Origin: Catajapyx aquilonaris | Taxonomy: Eukaryota | NCBI GenBank assembly: GCA_000934665.2 | Contig: KZ538185.1 | Location: forward strand, 1-64,000 | Direction: 5' to 3' | Length of the DNA: 64,000 bases | Part shown: positions 38,201 to 53,024 of the stretch, in pieces | Position numbering within the stretch: position 1 is the stretch's first letter | How the letters are laid out: the number at the start of each line of letters is the position of its first letter | Made by a program: the position numbers and the translations under genes | The notes under the pieces: generated by a model | What the model saw: the letters and a program-made list of their open reading frames with translations, nothing else | Told to the model about the DNA's origin: nothing | The model's database searches: none

Positions 38201-41200
38201 ATAAAATTCAGTATAGTGCCAATTAACATGCAATGTCCGTCCCTAATAACCTGGGCCAGAGTGCAAAACAGTGTGTTGACTCCCGGGCGCCTTTGGGTGC
38301 AAAGTGAATCTAGCGCAAACATGTCCAGAGAGGTGGTGCCTTGTTGAATGTGCCTCTACAGTGCATTGCATACATATATTTAGCAAGCAGGCAAAGTCTG
38401 CTGAGAGTGATGGTGCACATCCGTTGCGGATATATCTCCCTCCCTCCCTGGCTGGTTGTTTGCACTCTTGGCTCCCCTGAGGCTCCTCTCTCCTTGCACT
38501 TGGCGTGTGGAAGATGGCAGCTCTACCTGCCAAAGGAAAACCCCCTTCCCCACCCCCGCCTCTCCCCCACTCTGGATGCTTCTCCGCCCATGCAAACTCA
38601 GCCCGCGAGGAGGAGCACCCTCCTTTATCATTGATCTATCCCAGGCTTTATTTTATTGATTGGGACACTGGAGGATGGGAAGGTTCTATTCAACACCCGA
38701 TTTTTCAACAGTCTTTGAATAATATTTTTAAAGGGGGTTTAAATTGATTGTTATGGGTGAATAAATGTGGAGGAAAAATTGGTGGGATATAAGGATGCAA
38801 AGTTGGAGGGTAGTTATGGGCAGTAAAATATTTTAGTGTTCAGTTAGTTTTTCCTGCCAATAACGCAATGTCGCTGAATTATTGTGTAAAAACAGAAAAA
38901 TATTACTACAGCCCTTTTTAAACATAAAAATAAATTTAATTAAAATTAAAACTAAAAATATGTCATATTTTGTGTTCACTCGATATTCTTCTAGTGATTT
39001 ACATATAATAATTGAGTCAAATTTACTCAAAATTATACGTTCGTTTTCTTCCAACATTGCACCAGTTGAAATTGTCGCTCAAATTTTTTTAAGGTGCAAG
39101 TTCCATTGTGTAGTGTTTGAAAATGTATAGCATGCTCTATACGTGTTCAGAGCGTACAATGTTACACATGCAATTTTAGACAGCTGGAAAATTCTCAGCG
39201 GCCTAAAATCAACAAAGCGAAAAAGTTTTCATAAGTGAAATATACCAAATGCTGCCGAATTTTTTAAAACTTGGTGCTTAGAATTTTCTGTGTTTTTTTT
39301 TTGAGGGGCATGGGAGCAACTAAAAACACACACAACCATCGTCGCATTTTCCCCTAGCTGAATTACACAATGTCCTCCCATTCCAGTTTGTTATGAAATT
39401 TCGTACAGTGTAATTGCATATGTAGAGGCAGACTTATGTCACCATATGTGCCACGTATCTTTAAAATCAGCATTGAGCGTGAGAAATTTTGAAAAAAGTA
39501 CAAAAAAAACTACATAAAATATATTAAGCAATCGTTTGTAAAAACATATGCCGCATATATGCAGACTAATCTTGGGCCAAGATTAGTCTGCATCTAAAAT
39601 ATTTTTAACCACATTTCGTACCAGTTTATAATTATGGTTAATATTCAAAACTTGCGAAAATTTATTCCCATTACAAAAGCTGGCAACATTCATCTCATAA
39701 AATATTTGAGACCCATTGAAACCAAGGCCAATATTATGACAGAGTGTGTCAAGACTTAAAAGAGGCGAAAACAAGCAAGAGGATTATATCCAAAGCTAAG
39801 ATGTAAACAGCTCAAGGGCAAAGGCAAGTAAAGGTGTGAAAAATACATCCGACGCCTTCTTTTTGCGCCCCTGCAATTGGCATGACTCAACTAATATGAA
39901 GCAGGTGTGGCAAGTCTATAATCATGTTTTACACACCTTCGCATATGCGTTGTCGTAACATGCCGTACATCAGTGTAAAAAATATATATATGGCATGTTA
40001 TTATAGCCATAATGTAGACGTATTATTTTGTTTTATAAAAATGTGTAGTTTAGTCACGTAAATGGGGCTCAAAAAGCAGTTAACTGGAAGTAGGCTAATA
40101 GGCTACAGGCTGGTGTTCGCACCGTTTAAATTGTGATCACTGCGGATCACTGCTACAAATTTATATTAGTGAGCTAAATTAAGCATCTAACACAGAACAT
40201 ATTTTAAAGAGAATTTTGTGCTTAGCTGACCATAGTTTACTTACTAACATTAAAGTGTGTACATATCTATGTATGTTTGTCCAGGCTACCTAACCCACTT
40301 CCACATCTCTGAGAGTGCTGAAATTTGGAACACCTATGTCTTATGTCCCACTGATTGAGGCAAAAGTATGGAAACCGCCCTTTTTGGAGTTTAAATACGC
40401 AAAATTTAGGATTTTTAAATATGAAGTTTGGCGTTTATCTGCGGCAACAGATGGCGCTTCTAGGTTTTACAAACTTATATTTATCAACCCCCGTGCGAAG
40501 AACGGGTCTACTGCTATATGCATTCTCCATTTCTCCATTGCCCCCCAGCCTGTGACGTCACTCAAGGCCTACCTCTTCTTACTCGCACGGCTTCGATTTG
40601 CACTTCTGCCACATCAGAAATTGTCGCAAGCAGTATGACACGATTAATGTCCTGCTATAGTGTGCCTTTCCCCTAAGTCGAGCCCCTTGCATTAGTGCAA
40701 GTGGAATGAACATGGGTGGTGTGGAGTGTTGGTGTAAAGGCGGGTTTGTGCGAGTGTGAGACACGGCCAAGGAAGCCAGGCAGGCGTGGCATGCGAGTTA
40801 TACCCCCAGGGTCCTGGTGACGGAGTCTTCGATTACATTTCACCCCACACAGAGAGAGACTCCTTCGCATTTCCAAGCTTCTGCTGGAGATTCAACAATG
40901 GGGCACACTTAATACCTCTTTGTTAATACAGACATTTCCCGGCAGCAAAAGGTTAATCCTGAGTAATCACGACGGTAACTGCGGTAATACTCAGGGTGGG
41001 AACAGGATGTGCAGTCATGCCAGCTTAGGTACTGGTCAAAAAACATTTGGTATTGTTTACAATACCTTTAGGTGGTATCACAGTGAAGAAAAGCAGAGTC
41101 TACGGTTTGTAACATCCGAAACGCGATTAATACTGAAAGTTTGGTGTAGCCTGCCGCGCCTATTAAGACCTCATCGCATCTTAATTAGTTCCTCAAGCTG

Positions 41201-41659
41201 CGATGGAAGCCCGGCACTTGTGCAAATTTAATTTCGCGAGTGGAATCCTGCCCCATGGGGGATGCTGCATGCCTTTAGTTACGCCGAGTATCGTCGATGC
41301 GCGTCGCCATCTTTGTTGCTAAGAAAGCTTAACTGCTATGTATATTTTTTTGAAATGGTGATGTCCATCGAGGGTTGTTTGAAAATCGATAGTGATTGGG
41401 GATCGGAAATCGATCTATGCTAGGATTAGGCCTAAACGAGGAGGGATAATTGATGATTGGCAGTTGACAATTACCGTGTAATTAACCCTCTAAATCGTCG
41501 CCGGCTTATATGCGTCCAACAACCACACGCTGACGATTTTCCGACAATATTCCGGGCTTCACTAGTAGCTGCGATTTGTTGGCATGCAACGGTAGTGCTC
41601 ATTTTTAAACATTCCCGGAGGATGATCCCTGCACCATATCTAAATATATCGTTGAATGT

Positions 41660-42215
41660 ATGTTTGCTAGACATTTTGAACATCGAAAATCATCGATATG
41701 CTTTGAAATAAAAATTGATTGATACTCTCTAATATAAAAATCGATATTATGCGACATATCGAAGATTTTACGAATAAATTGAATTAGCGTATAATCGCCT
41801 TCGAATAACAAATATAGGTATATTGAATATCAAAAGCATGTTCGATATTTTATGCACCAAAAATCATCGATATGCTTTAAAACAAAAACTGATACTCTCT
41901 AACATAAAAATCCATATTCTGAAATTTATCGAAACTTTTACAAATATCGCATAATCCCCTTCGAACAACTAATACCTACAATATCAAGAGCCTGTTTGAT
42001 ATTTTGAACTTCAAATATCGATATTTTGATATTGAAACCAATATTATTTAACGTCAAAAAACGATATTTTGATATTGAAATCGATATAGTCTGAATGAAA
42101 AGTCGATACAATACTATTCAACGATTTTCAACGATATTCGACGATATATCGTAAATTTCACAAATGAAATTATCGAATAATCGCCTTCGAACACCAAATA
42201 TCGTATATCGATAGG
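41660..42215 (+). repeat. ATCGAT-rich ~174-bp tandem duplication (likely DNA-transposon derived)
   Basis: AAAATCATCGATATGCTTT..GATACTCTCTAA..ATCGCCTTCGAA recurs at ~41686 and ~41860, with a partial third copy. Confidence 0.7.
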
Positions 42216-45039
42216 TATTTAGCGACACTTTTGCTCCACATATCCTTTATAACTAACTTGGTCACAATACTGACCAATCTTCTTCCTTCGTGCCTCTTGT
42301 TCTGTGGGGGGAAGTTAGCTAGCGAGTACCCTCATTTGGAGCGGGGAAGCAAACTGACCAATTTTCCGACCGAGTGGTTCCCATTCTCCAGCCAATTCCC
42401 CAGACTTGTGACTAACTAGCCTTCCGGAATTCCCCCCCCCCCCCCTTTCCCTAGCCTCCACATATGGGCGACGCTGCCAGATTATCACCCGACACTAAAG
42501 CCCAGGATGTTTCTTCTTCTTTTTTCAAGATGAAGAAAGAAGCTGGGATGAAGCCAAGTCATCTCACGAGACTCGCCTGTTGGCAATTAGCAAGAGTGGA
42601 AGTTTGCAGCTTCTCTTTCTTCGCTTTTTAAGCTTAGACGCTGCTGAATGTAAACAGAGCGATTAGCTGTTCACGGATATTAAATGTAGTTGTGGCGTGC
42701 GACAGGGGGTTCGTCCAGGCAAATAAAGAAGTTAGCGCGTCGTCGCGGTCATTTTGACACACCCGGTACTTATTTTTTTTAAAGCTAAGAACGGCCTATA
42801 AATGCATATTATCCCAGGTATGCAAATCACAAAAATTTGTGCCATTTGGCCAGTTGATCGAATGTTCATCCAGGGGCAGAAAAGTGTGCTTCATTTATCG
42901 GCAACAATCTAGATTAATGAGCATCAGCATAAGTGGAGTTAATCAGCGTGTTTCGAGCCAAAATGAACAGCTCGACATACTGTAATCAGTATAAAAAAAA
43001 CTATAAGTCGTTATAAATGCCCCCAAACTGTAATTTCCGTAATGATTACAGTATCTGGCTAGTTTCCTGACGTTCTTCATGTAATAATGCAGCTAGATTC
43101 ATTATCTTTGACATTTTTTTGGCCCCCCCAAATTTTTTAAAACCCTTTCCCAGTTTTTGCTCCGATTTTAGCAAAAAATAAAAATGTCATAGTGACCAGC
43201 AGCGTTCGCATTTGACTTATAGGCCTGGAATGTCCCCCGAGGGGCAGACGCTGGTCCTAATACCTATGTGTGTATAGACACAACCACGCAACATACAAAC
43301 CAAGTAAATGTCAGCAGATCTGTACTGATCATAAAACGGGGGCTTCAATGAACTATAAAAATAACTCACCGTTTGATGATTGGGAGCAGTGTTGCTAGCA
43401 GAGCCGCCCATCATGTCATATTAACGCAAAGTGAACCCAGCGCCAGCAGGTCAGAGCGGATAGGATTGGAAGCAGGCATGATGTCATTCAACATGGCGGC
43501 CAAATATTTATTTAAAAAATTAATTCAGTTTGTAGATCTTAATTGTCAGCGTCACATAGCTGTTACTAGTAGCTGTTACCTTGTGTTTTATAGACGGTTT
43601 TTTCGGTCATATATAATCAAAAGCGGCGACTGACTGATATGCACTTAAAATGCATAAATTTACCAACGCGTAGCAAATTTAAAAAATATTCACAATTTCC
43701 TCAAACTCTTTTTATTCGCACTACCTGCCTAAACGCTCTAAAAACGGAGTGAAAATTTCACTCAAAAAGGAGCAATTTCGCAAAATTCTATTTTTGAGTG
43801 AACTTAACGATTTAATTTACATTAACTCAAATCGAATAGTACACGAAAGAAGTCTGAAAATAAGCTGCTTCAGTGAGTGAAATGATTATCAGTTATTCTG
43901 AGTTAAAATCACTCAAAACGAGTGGAAAAATACTTAAAAATTTTAAGTACATATAGTACTTGTCAAATGCCTGAAAATGCCTGAGACAAACGAATCAGAT
44001 AATAATTATTCGGTTTTATTCTCCAGGCTTATTGCGGCTACAGGGTGTGTCAGAACTGCTTCACAAGTCAGAATAGCCTGTGTCCATCTGCCGGTTGAGG
44101 TTCGTGGTTATAAGTGCGCCTGCGAGACAGTTGGGCAGCCCCTCCTCGCTTTGTACCACACCAGTCTCTGATCGATTCCCTTTATACCAAGCCCCGGGGT
44201 CTGCGCTGCATCGTCAAGCCCAATCGATATACACTGGAGAAGGAAATGGGGAGGAGGCGGAGGAGGAGGAGACTGCCAGAAAGGGAGGGAGGGGAAAAAG
44301 CGGGTAGTACACACCAAAAGAAGTGGTAATTGTACCCCCCCCCCCCCAAAAAAAAAAAAAAATCGGGGACCAGAAATGGCCGCCATCAAAGAAAGTGACA
44401 TGAGACCAATTTTGAATATTACATTTCTGGTATGACAGTCAGGAAATGAGTGTTCCGGTACTTCCGTCCAAATTTGGCTATCTGTCCATCCACAGGCAAC
44501 AATAGGCATGTAATTTGAATGTGGCGGAAAAGGTCAGAATATTGGATAGGGGCCATAATGAAAAATCTGTCTGCTGTGAATGGCGATGACATGTATCACA
44601 CTTGACAGGGTTTATGGTCACAAGGGGGAGGCCGAAGAGACATGTTTGGTCTTGGAGGACAATAGGAGCGGTGGCGGAATGAATATGTTGAGTCACATTG
44701 AGAAGGGGNGGGGGGGGGGGGCGGGATGACCTTTATGCAACTGCTCAAGTCATTCTACCTTGATATGTCGGCTGTTAACTCACCCTGTAAGCCTAGTGGC
44801 GCCAGTGGGTGTGTACGGGTCGGGGGTCGAAGGTCAGCAGCATCCGAATGAATCCAAGTCTGGCCGACAAGCATCCATCAAGCATGAGTGACAGCCCGCC
44901 TGTGTCCAAGCCACAAGCCACGTTACAAGGGCGTGTCAGAGAGGTCAAGTGCTAATTACCGCTGCCTCCATGCATTCTAAATACAGCCTACTACCTGTTA
45001 CATAGCACCACCTACCTGTTAGGCCTGAAAACTTTCAAA

Positions 45040-45350
45040 TAATTTGTTGAAACAAATTTATTGAGAATTTCACGAATTTCTGTAGTGAATTCGTGGATAA
45101 ATTATTTTTGATGGAGATAGTGAAGGATTTATTGGAGTTGTTGGACTTGTGTGGATTCATGGATGATTTTGTGGATTTTCGGGATTCCATGAATGGTTTC
45201 GTAGATTTTTGGTATTCCATGCATGATTTTTGAGAATTTTCGGGATTCCATGAATGATTTTGAGGATTTTTGGTATTCCATGAATGATTTGATTCATACA
45301 CGATTTGTAAAGAATTTATTGAAGATTTCTGCAGATTTCTGTGGTTTAAA
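45040..45350 (+). repeat. Degenerate GATTT/GGATTCCATGAAT repeat
   Basis: Recurrent ~30-bp units. Confidence 0.7.
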
Positions 45351-46199
45351 TGAACTTGTGTCCCTTGTCTCTTATCTCAGAGTCATGTCGCGCAGATGTC
45401 CTCATAGGGCGCAGATGAAAAGATCCCGCCCAGGGGATATCAGCTCCAGAGATGAATGAGGCTCTTGGTCCTCAACCGGAAAGGGGGAACATTATACCCC
45501 CCCTTTTCTTGAACGGAACATAGAAAAAAACCATAGATTGAACTGCGGATGAGGCCTGTAGCAGAACAAAAAAATTTTATTCCGACTATTGCTTCGACCA
45601 TACATTGTTGCGGTGTGGTACATAGTTTTGTGGGAAGGTTTCCCCCCGGGTCTGAGATGGTCCTCCCCGAAACAAAGAAAAGCACCAGACAATGGTTTTA
45701 AAAAGGGGGGAAGATAAAATGGTGTCAAGACATTCTCGGTGTGCGGTGTTTTTTTTTTTTAAATCAGAAAAATGGGGGACAGCATCTTTTTAATAAAGTT
45801 GAGTCTAATGATAGTCTCCACATTTTTGCATTGCAGAAATTCCCAGGTCAGTGGGGGTGGGGGGGGGGTCCATGTGGCTACCAGACCAATAAAATTTGAG
45901 CGGTGAAGATGCAAGATGGCTGGGACACAACAGTTACAAAGTAAAATGGGTCAAAAATTTTGGCATTGAGAGGTTACTAACAATGGCGAAAATGAATAAA
46001 GCGCCTCCAGAGCCACAGGACAAAACACAGTTTTACTCTTATGGACGAAAGGACACTAAACCACGATTTCCCTTTCTAGACAGCGTGCAATGGCGCTAAA
46101 GGGATATCTAGAAGGCAGCTATGATACACCTTACACAAACGTGAAATGCCAGGGTGCACTCAAGACTTCCCCTCCCAAGAACAAAAAAATTAAAAAAAA

Positions 46200-46885
46200 T
46201 GGTACGGTCACATCATCTTTGGTATAAACAATGTCAGTGTACTGTACAATATACATTTACACTACAGTTTTAAAATCCACGAAATAAAGGTGGGGGGGAC
46301 GGCGTTTATTTACACATGAAAAACATTAACGAAGCTCTAAAAGTGTGTGTGGGGGGGTCCAAAGATGGGCGAAAAAAAAAAAATGATACTGAACTTTGAA
46401 GGAACATTTTGGAACATTCAAGATTTTTCGTTTCGGTTCGTGTCCCGCTTGCACTATGCAGAAACGATGCGGAGGACATTCCCGTCACTTGAGTCCAACC
46501 GGCTCTTTGGGGGGTACAACTCACTCCGAATAAATTGTCACTGATTGTTGCGCTCTGGCTACTTTGTCAATAAATTAAACTTGTACCCATCGGGAACGAA
46601 TGCTCCGTTTTTGTACTGTAACTCTGTCTTTATCAATTTTTTGAAAATTTCTTTTCTTTTCCTTTTTTTAAGTAAGAAAAATCCAGACTGCTGCACACAC
46701 ACACATACACACACACAGACATTACAAATACGGAGGTGACAATGTTCGTGTACAGATTGCATCTCCCTATAGAAGTCGCCCGTGAAGTCCAAATTCTTTG
46801 TACGATTTTTTTCCGGGGGAGACTGCGGGGATTTTGCGAGGTGATCCCGGTGGGCTTATGTGTGGGCAGGGACCAGGGGCGGCCC
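46200..46885 (-). other. Probable omb 3' UTR (true end uncertain)
   Basis: Follows the stop codon. U-rich tracts, several TGTA motifs and AATAAA at 46305-46310 on the minus strand. Confidence 0.6.
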
Positions 46886-47790
46886 TCACTTGTCCGGCGC
46901 TGGTATGTCCCTATGCGCCTCCAGACCGTTCACCATCTTCTCGATGCTCTTGAGCTCGCTGGGGGGCGGAGGCGGCGGGTGCGGATGTGGGTGCGGGGCG
47001 GGCGTGCTGGTGTTGGAAGCTGGGGGCGGGGCGGCCCCGGGCAGCACCGGTGACTCCAGGGCCGCCCGCGGGCTCTGCTTGGGACTGTGGGTGCTTCCTG
47101 GGGTGACCGCCTCGAAGGCTGACCCCAGAGGACTGCCGCCTAGGAGCGAGGGTGCTACCGAAGTGGTAGGGGCTGATGGTAGGGTGTACGGGGTGAACCG
47201 GTGCGCTTTGAGCCGGTCAGCCAGCATGGGTCCCGGCCCCGGGGCGGACCCGAGGCCGGGGTAGGAGTGGGAAAAGAGCGGATGCTGCGCCGCCAGAGCC
47301 AGCTGCGCGTTGAACAGCAAGGATGGGTTCATGGACAAGGCAGCGGCCGCCGCATGGTTGTGCGCCCCGGGGTGGTTGGGCATACCTCCATGACTGCCGG
47401 TGAACAGCGATAAGGGGAATGAGTGCGGTACCGACCCCGGGAGGAGCTGACTGAGTTGGTGCAACCCGGGCTGGTGTCCCGGGCTGGAGTACAACCCGGG
47501 TGGGCAGAGGTAGGGCAAAAGGTGGGGCGGGTGGATGGGCGGTCCGACTGAGATGTTGGGACTAGGGTGGTGGTGGTGCGGTCCGTCCTTGTGGTCCGAC
47601 GTCGACGCGGCTGTCGGGGTGCTGGGTGGAGACTTGGCCTCCCTGCCCGTCGACGACGAGGGTCTGAAGGCGGTCGAGCTACTCCCGGCCTCGCTGTTCG
47701 AGTCGCTTATGTCCCTCTCGCTGTCGTCTGACCTCAGAGGAAGCTTGTCCACCGGTACGTCATCCACCGATATCGCCTCCTCCTTGTAGT
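46886..47790 (-). CDS. omb: omb/Tbx2/3 terminal coding exon (His/Pro/Ala-rich; NAQLALAAQHP, HRFTPY, SELKSIEKMVNGLE)
   Basis: Lies in the 303-aa ORF. Acceptor ttaattgacag, phase 1. RFxPY and ELxSIxxxVxGL motifs are typical of Tbx2/3 C-termini. Stop TGA at 46886-46888. Confidence 0.92.
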
Positions 47791-48435
47791 CTGTCAATTA
47801 AAACAGAGGGTGCTTGGGTCAGCACGACATTTCCTCTCGAATCCATCATGCACCCAACCAACCGGGCAGCCCATAAATCAGTGCGTATCTCCAGGTCACG
47901 CCAGGTCACCACCTGACGCGCTCCCAAATCCGGCACGACACCCACCCACGTGTGCTTATATGTGTGCTTATATCCCTCCCTAACCCACCCGGATAACGTA
48001 TGAGGGCCGGACATGGGGCTGGATCCCGAAAACGGTGCGCAAGAATAGAGCGAAAAGGTGTTGATGAAGAGAAAAGGGGCGCGCAAGGGTGGCGAAAAGG
48101 GGCGTTCCCGATCGCCGCAGATCCAATAAACCCAGCCCCCCTCGGTCGGCGCCTCTATACATCCCGGCATATCCCACGCTGTCAAAATTTCCACAATCCA
48201 ATAAGTCTAGGGCTGCATATTTGAATACATGCACTTACTTGAAAGCATACACTGCAGCCTGTACCGTACGTAAAGACCCAATAAGCCGGTTAGCACACCG
48301 ATATATTCGGGTATACCCCACAGTGTTGACATTTCCGGAATTAAACAGGCAAAACCGGGTCTAAAACCCAAATTTAAGTCAGGCCTAGCGTGCTCCGTGA
48401 CCGTTAATGACCGTTATGAATGGAAGTTCCTATAC

Positions 48436-48647
48436 CTTGGGGCAGGAAGGAGGCTGGTCCTGGCGATGAGGAGTCCGGCCTGGCGTCCGAGGTCCCGACG
48501 ACGTCCACCTTCTCGTCGTCGTTGGCGCCGCCGGCGTCCTGACTGCTGCTGGAATCGGGAACAGGTCGACTGAGTCCCGCCTTGTGCTGATCTGATATTC
48601 GCTGATGCTCTTCCTGCTGCCTCTGGGCCGCCAGCAAAGCTTGCCGT
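48436..48647 (-). CDS. omb: omb/Tbx2/3 exon (K-RQALLAAQRQQEE...DDEKVDVV...SFLPQ)
   Basis: Acceptor ctccatgcag with a CTAAT branch-like site ~30 nt upstream. Phase 2 in and phase 1 out fit both neighbours. RQAL follows KREK as in insect omb. The donor AAG|gtatag is weak. Confidence 0.85.
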
Positions 48648-51600
48648 CTGCATGGAGACCCACAGGAGGGAATCAGGATTAGGACAGTGCACAACCGGCG
48701 GCCATATTTGCTGCCCTCGACTGTCACACCACCATGCGGCATGGTTGGGTGACAGTTGAGGGCAACAGCAGCAGACAACAGCATGGGTCATATATGAACT
48801 CAACTGTCAGTTGGGGTGTACGAAAAGTGGCGTAACTCTGCCATTTTGTCCCCAACTCCAGCTAGTCCATTGTACAGTTTCCCAACCAATTTTTTTCGCT
48901 CTAAATAACCTAATACTAATAGTATATAGGGTCACCGGAACTACAACTAGTGTTCCCTCGCCTTTATGCATTATGAATGCATCCGAGAGGCTCCTGAAAT
49001 AATGAGGGTTGATAGCTGCTGAAGAAGCGAGCTCAGCCGCCTGGATAATGCGAGGCAGCTGTACCAGACGGCTCTGGGCGCACCCAACAGGCGACAACGG
49101 AGACGCTTTTCACGCTCTGGACCAGACCATACCAAAAAGCCCCCACACGAAAATACACAAAAATATTTCAGGTCAAAGTGTACATAGAGTAAAGATAGGA
49201 TCGGCTTATTTTCTGCCCGATTTCCTTCCAAATATTCCACGGCCTGATAGGTTCTGACATGCTTTTATCCCGGGTTTTTGCCCCCGGGCAGCCCCTTTTA
49301 AAAAATGTCTAAAGAATCTAGGGTGTGAATGGTTCCAGTTGGGTCGAAAGGGGCGTGGTGAGTGAGTGGTACCATAAGGTGTTTGAAGATCCCCCCCACT
49401 CTTAACACCACCGGCTTCTTTTCATCGTACCCCTTAATCGCCACTTAAGGATTATAGGATTGTCCCCCCCCCCCTCCCCCCTGTATCCATTTACAAAAAC
49501 TGGTCCCTTCGTATCAATCTTCGTCGCACGGAACGGACGGAACCTCAACAATCAAACTTATTTTTATTGACGATTTCCTTCCATTGCATGCAACTTGTCC
49601 GGATATAAAAATTTTCCTGAGCAACACCCCCCGGACCCCGTAAAGTTTACCCCGATGGCATCGCGCAGGCGGTCTGTACCGCGCCTTTGAGTATTGACCC
49701 TTGAGGAAGCGGCGGCCACCCAGGAGGCCGCCTCCTCCATTATTTGGCCTGGTCCGCTCTGCAAACTTGCGGTTGCTGTCTGTCGGGGTGTGGGTGGTGT
49801 GGGTGGAGTTGTTTCAGGCGTGCCCGCTTGGCGCCTGCGTACTGACCCGTGACCTAGGGTGTCGTCTCCCGGGCGGTAATATGACCCCGAACCCGAATTA
49901 GGTAGTTTTAGGTTGCAGATAACATCCCCTAAAAATTGGCTTGGAAAGTCTGTGCCGGGTTGATGAATTAGCGTTGGTTTTGTCGGCAGCGGCAAAGGCT
50001 CGGGAGCGAATATGTGTCACTTGCAATTACGAGTCAGAGACGGACGGGGTGATATATGGACTTCTTTTTTTTTGTGGTCCCAAAACCAAAACTGGCATTT
50101 ACTGAACAAACTGTGTTAGGTTTCATCAAGGTTTGACTTCAATATTATCCTGACGATTAAACCAGTAAAAAACCGTAATAGCAATAAAAACCTAGCTAAA
50201 ACCGAAGCTTAGGCGCCAGCAATTCATGGGCATGAGAGAGCCACAGTCACAGCCTCATCCGCCACCAATATCTTCTAGCCGCCCCTCAGGATAGGTGGCA
50301 ATAAAAAAGAATTGCACCACAGTTCAGCAGGCACAGGCGGTTCCATGTAAGAGCTAGAGGTTCAAGCTACTGTATATAGCCAGGACCAAACGACCCCAAA
50401 CGACGGTCCTTCCTAATTGGAGGGAAGTTGGCCAAGAAACAGACGGCACACCCTGTACTTTTCCATGAGTAGGGCCAGACACTTATCCGATTATCAACAT
50501 AGCACAAAACGGATGAAAAATACTGCAATGTAGTTAAATACATCACGCCAGGTGTATATCTGTCTATTTAGCGGAAAAACCTTCTCGTTAGTGAGCACTG
50601 CATACGAAAATAAACGTGCAATTACTGTACCTCGCTGTAGCTATTCAGTAAGAGGCTTAATCTTCGACTCATATAATTTTAAACAAAAAATATTTATGCT
50701 CGCAAAGATGCCATTGTTTAACAAATTTGCAGTACAGCACTATTATGACACACCCTGTACTACAAAAATTTTGCCGTAACGTTATCCTGCTGTTTCGCAT
50801 AAATTTAAGCACATTTCACAATAGCTCACCATCAAACCCACCGCGACATGTTCTTCAAGAACATTTTTTTGCTCCAATTAGTCCTCCGAATCCAATTGGA
50901 GACAGACGAGTTCCTTCCATGACCCCATACGTTCTCCATAAAGCCTTCCACGCTGATTACTCTTCAGCAAAGGGCAGATGTTCCCAAATTAGCAACTATG
51001 CAGCATTGTTGAGGGTACCCAGCTGAGTTTGCACACGAATTAAGATTGTCTCCAAATAGATTCGGAAACCAACCCTGGGCAAATACAGCTGATTTTTGGA
51101 TGCAAAAATCCTTGAGTGCGCGAGGCGGCGGGGGGGGGGGGGGGGNCCAAAAATAGACAGGGGTGTTGAGAGGTTTTGGGTCGGCAGGGTGAAAGAGCAC
51201 TGGTCACCCGATCCCTTCTTGTCATCGAGTGGCCCCCACTTCGACCCCTGGAGCCCATCAGTTGGGGTTGGGAACCATCCACAAAGGAAGACCGCCGCCG
51301 TCTGGGAGCCACCGCTCCATATGGGGTGGGTTTTCCGGAAATCCCCTGGATTTTTTGGGGATTGAACCGGTTTAATTTTCATCCGTATCGGTGTGATCCG
51401 GCACCACAAATTGGACAAATCAACCCCCCAATATGCCTAGCATCGCTACGCTCGGCGGTGGGGCTTCGCCCCAAACCGTGTAGGACACCTGTACAAATAA
51501 TTTCTATTAAAAATTTCTGTTAATATTTTGTACAATTATTTTCTAGTGTCCTTACAATTGGAAGCCTTGCGACATACACCCCATTGTTGAAAGAGAGACC

Positions 51601-53024
51601 CAGAGACGGCTCTTTTTTGCTCTTTTGTAGCGGCGATTATCGATTATTTTGCCTGGCTGGCAAAAGAGAGGGCAGGATAATGACGCATTAATCGCATTTC
51701 ATTACTAAATTCCTGTGGGCCTTAGCCGGGGCAGGCTCCCAGAGCGTAGCCAGGGGCACAATGCCTTCACCAAAGCGTTAATATTGGGGCTATCACTTAC
51801 CTGATTATGTGGTCACAGTGTGAACTTAGGGGCCTGATCCCATAATAAGCTAATGTCCAATTTACAGCGCCAATAATAGTGAACCCTTTCGCATCACAGG
51901 GCCTCGTCATGCATCCGGGGCTTTAAAACGCGGTTGTAAAGAGTTCGAAAGGGGAGGGGGTGGGGGGATGCGGCCCACCGTGTGTGTGTATATATCTATC
52001 TATATACGGTGAAGGCTCTTCCCCCGGATTAATGCGGGCTGGCGCGGCGGAAGGGAATTTCCAATTTGTTTTTGCCGGCTTAAATATTTTAGCACTGTGA
52101 TGTAACACCGCCGCGGCCCCCCCTGCTTTTATCTGGCCAGCTTCACTAGTTCAACAGCCTGGTTACTAGATGGCGCTGTCTTCAAACCTCATATAGAATT
52201 TAACATGGGCAAGCCCCATCATTAGGCACTATCAAGGCTCCTTTTCATTACTACGACAGGTCCATCAAGACAATCCCTAAGGAGTGCAAAAATAATGAAG
52301 CACGTGCAAGCATGAACGCGTATTTTCCCACCTGGGAAGGTGTAATTTGGATCGACGCTTCGCAGTGGAGCAGCCGCGGGCACGACACCCCGTATATAAC
52401 ATTGCGGACACGGAAAAGGCGGGTGTCTATGAAGCAACATTCGGATCAACGTCCCCCCCGTGATTTACTATGTACAAATAGATCAGAAAAAAATGCCCCC
52501 CCCCCCCCAAGTACAAATTGTGTTTAATAGTCCTGACTATTAACCTGTAGGGTTGCATAGTTTCAGGCGCGAAACGCTGCCGGAAATTACAGTCAAACAT
52601 CTGTCACATATATGCAATAGCTTACCCAGGGCAGTTTCACTAATTGCATGTAACTACCACAGGTACTAATTATCGATTATGGAGTTGGAGTTGATGGCTT
52701 TCACGTAATATCTCACGAAGGTTGCAATAACAATTTTTTGAAACTACTTCTAGTGCAAAATTTCGCGACAGACTGGTCCTTCCGTCTTTCGTGCCTAATC
52801 TAGACAGGTTATTAGCGCCCATAATCTATAGACGTCACCCCTCATATAAGTGGCCCGTCATAGTCATACCGTGCACAAGAATGGCAAGGGAGGGTCCTCA
52901 GTCTAACAAGCTTATTACGGGTAATCCACCCATATTAGATAACAACATAGTAATCATATAATACTAAATATATATTTATTTTATAGCCTTATAGTTAGCA
53001 ACAATAGCAAGAAAGTTTACTCAC

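Noticed and set aside
46736..47789. Plus-strand ORFs over the last omb exon
   Set aside because: Antisense shadows of GC-rich coding sequence.
48648..48784. Upstream in-frame extension of ORF 48404..48784 as coding
   Set aside because: It lies 5' of a good branch point and acceptor whose phase fits the previous exon, and the translation is not omb-like.
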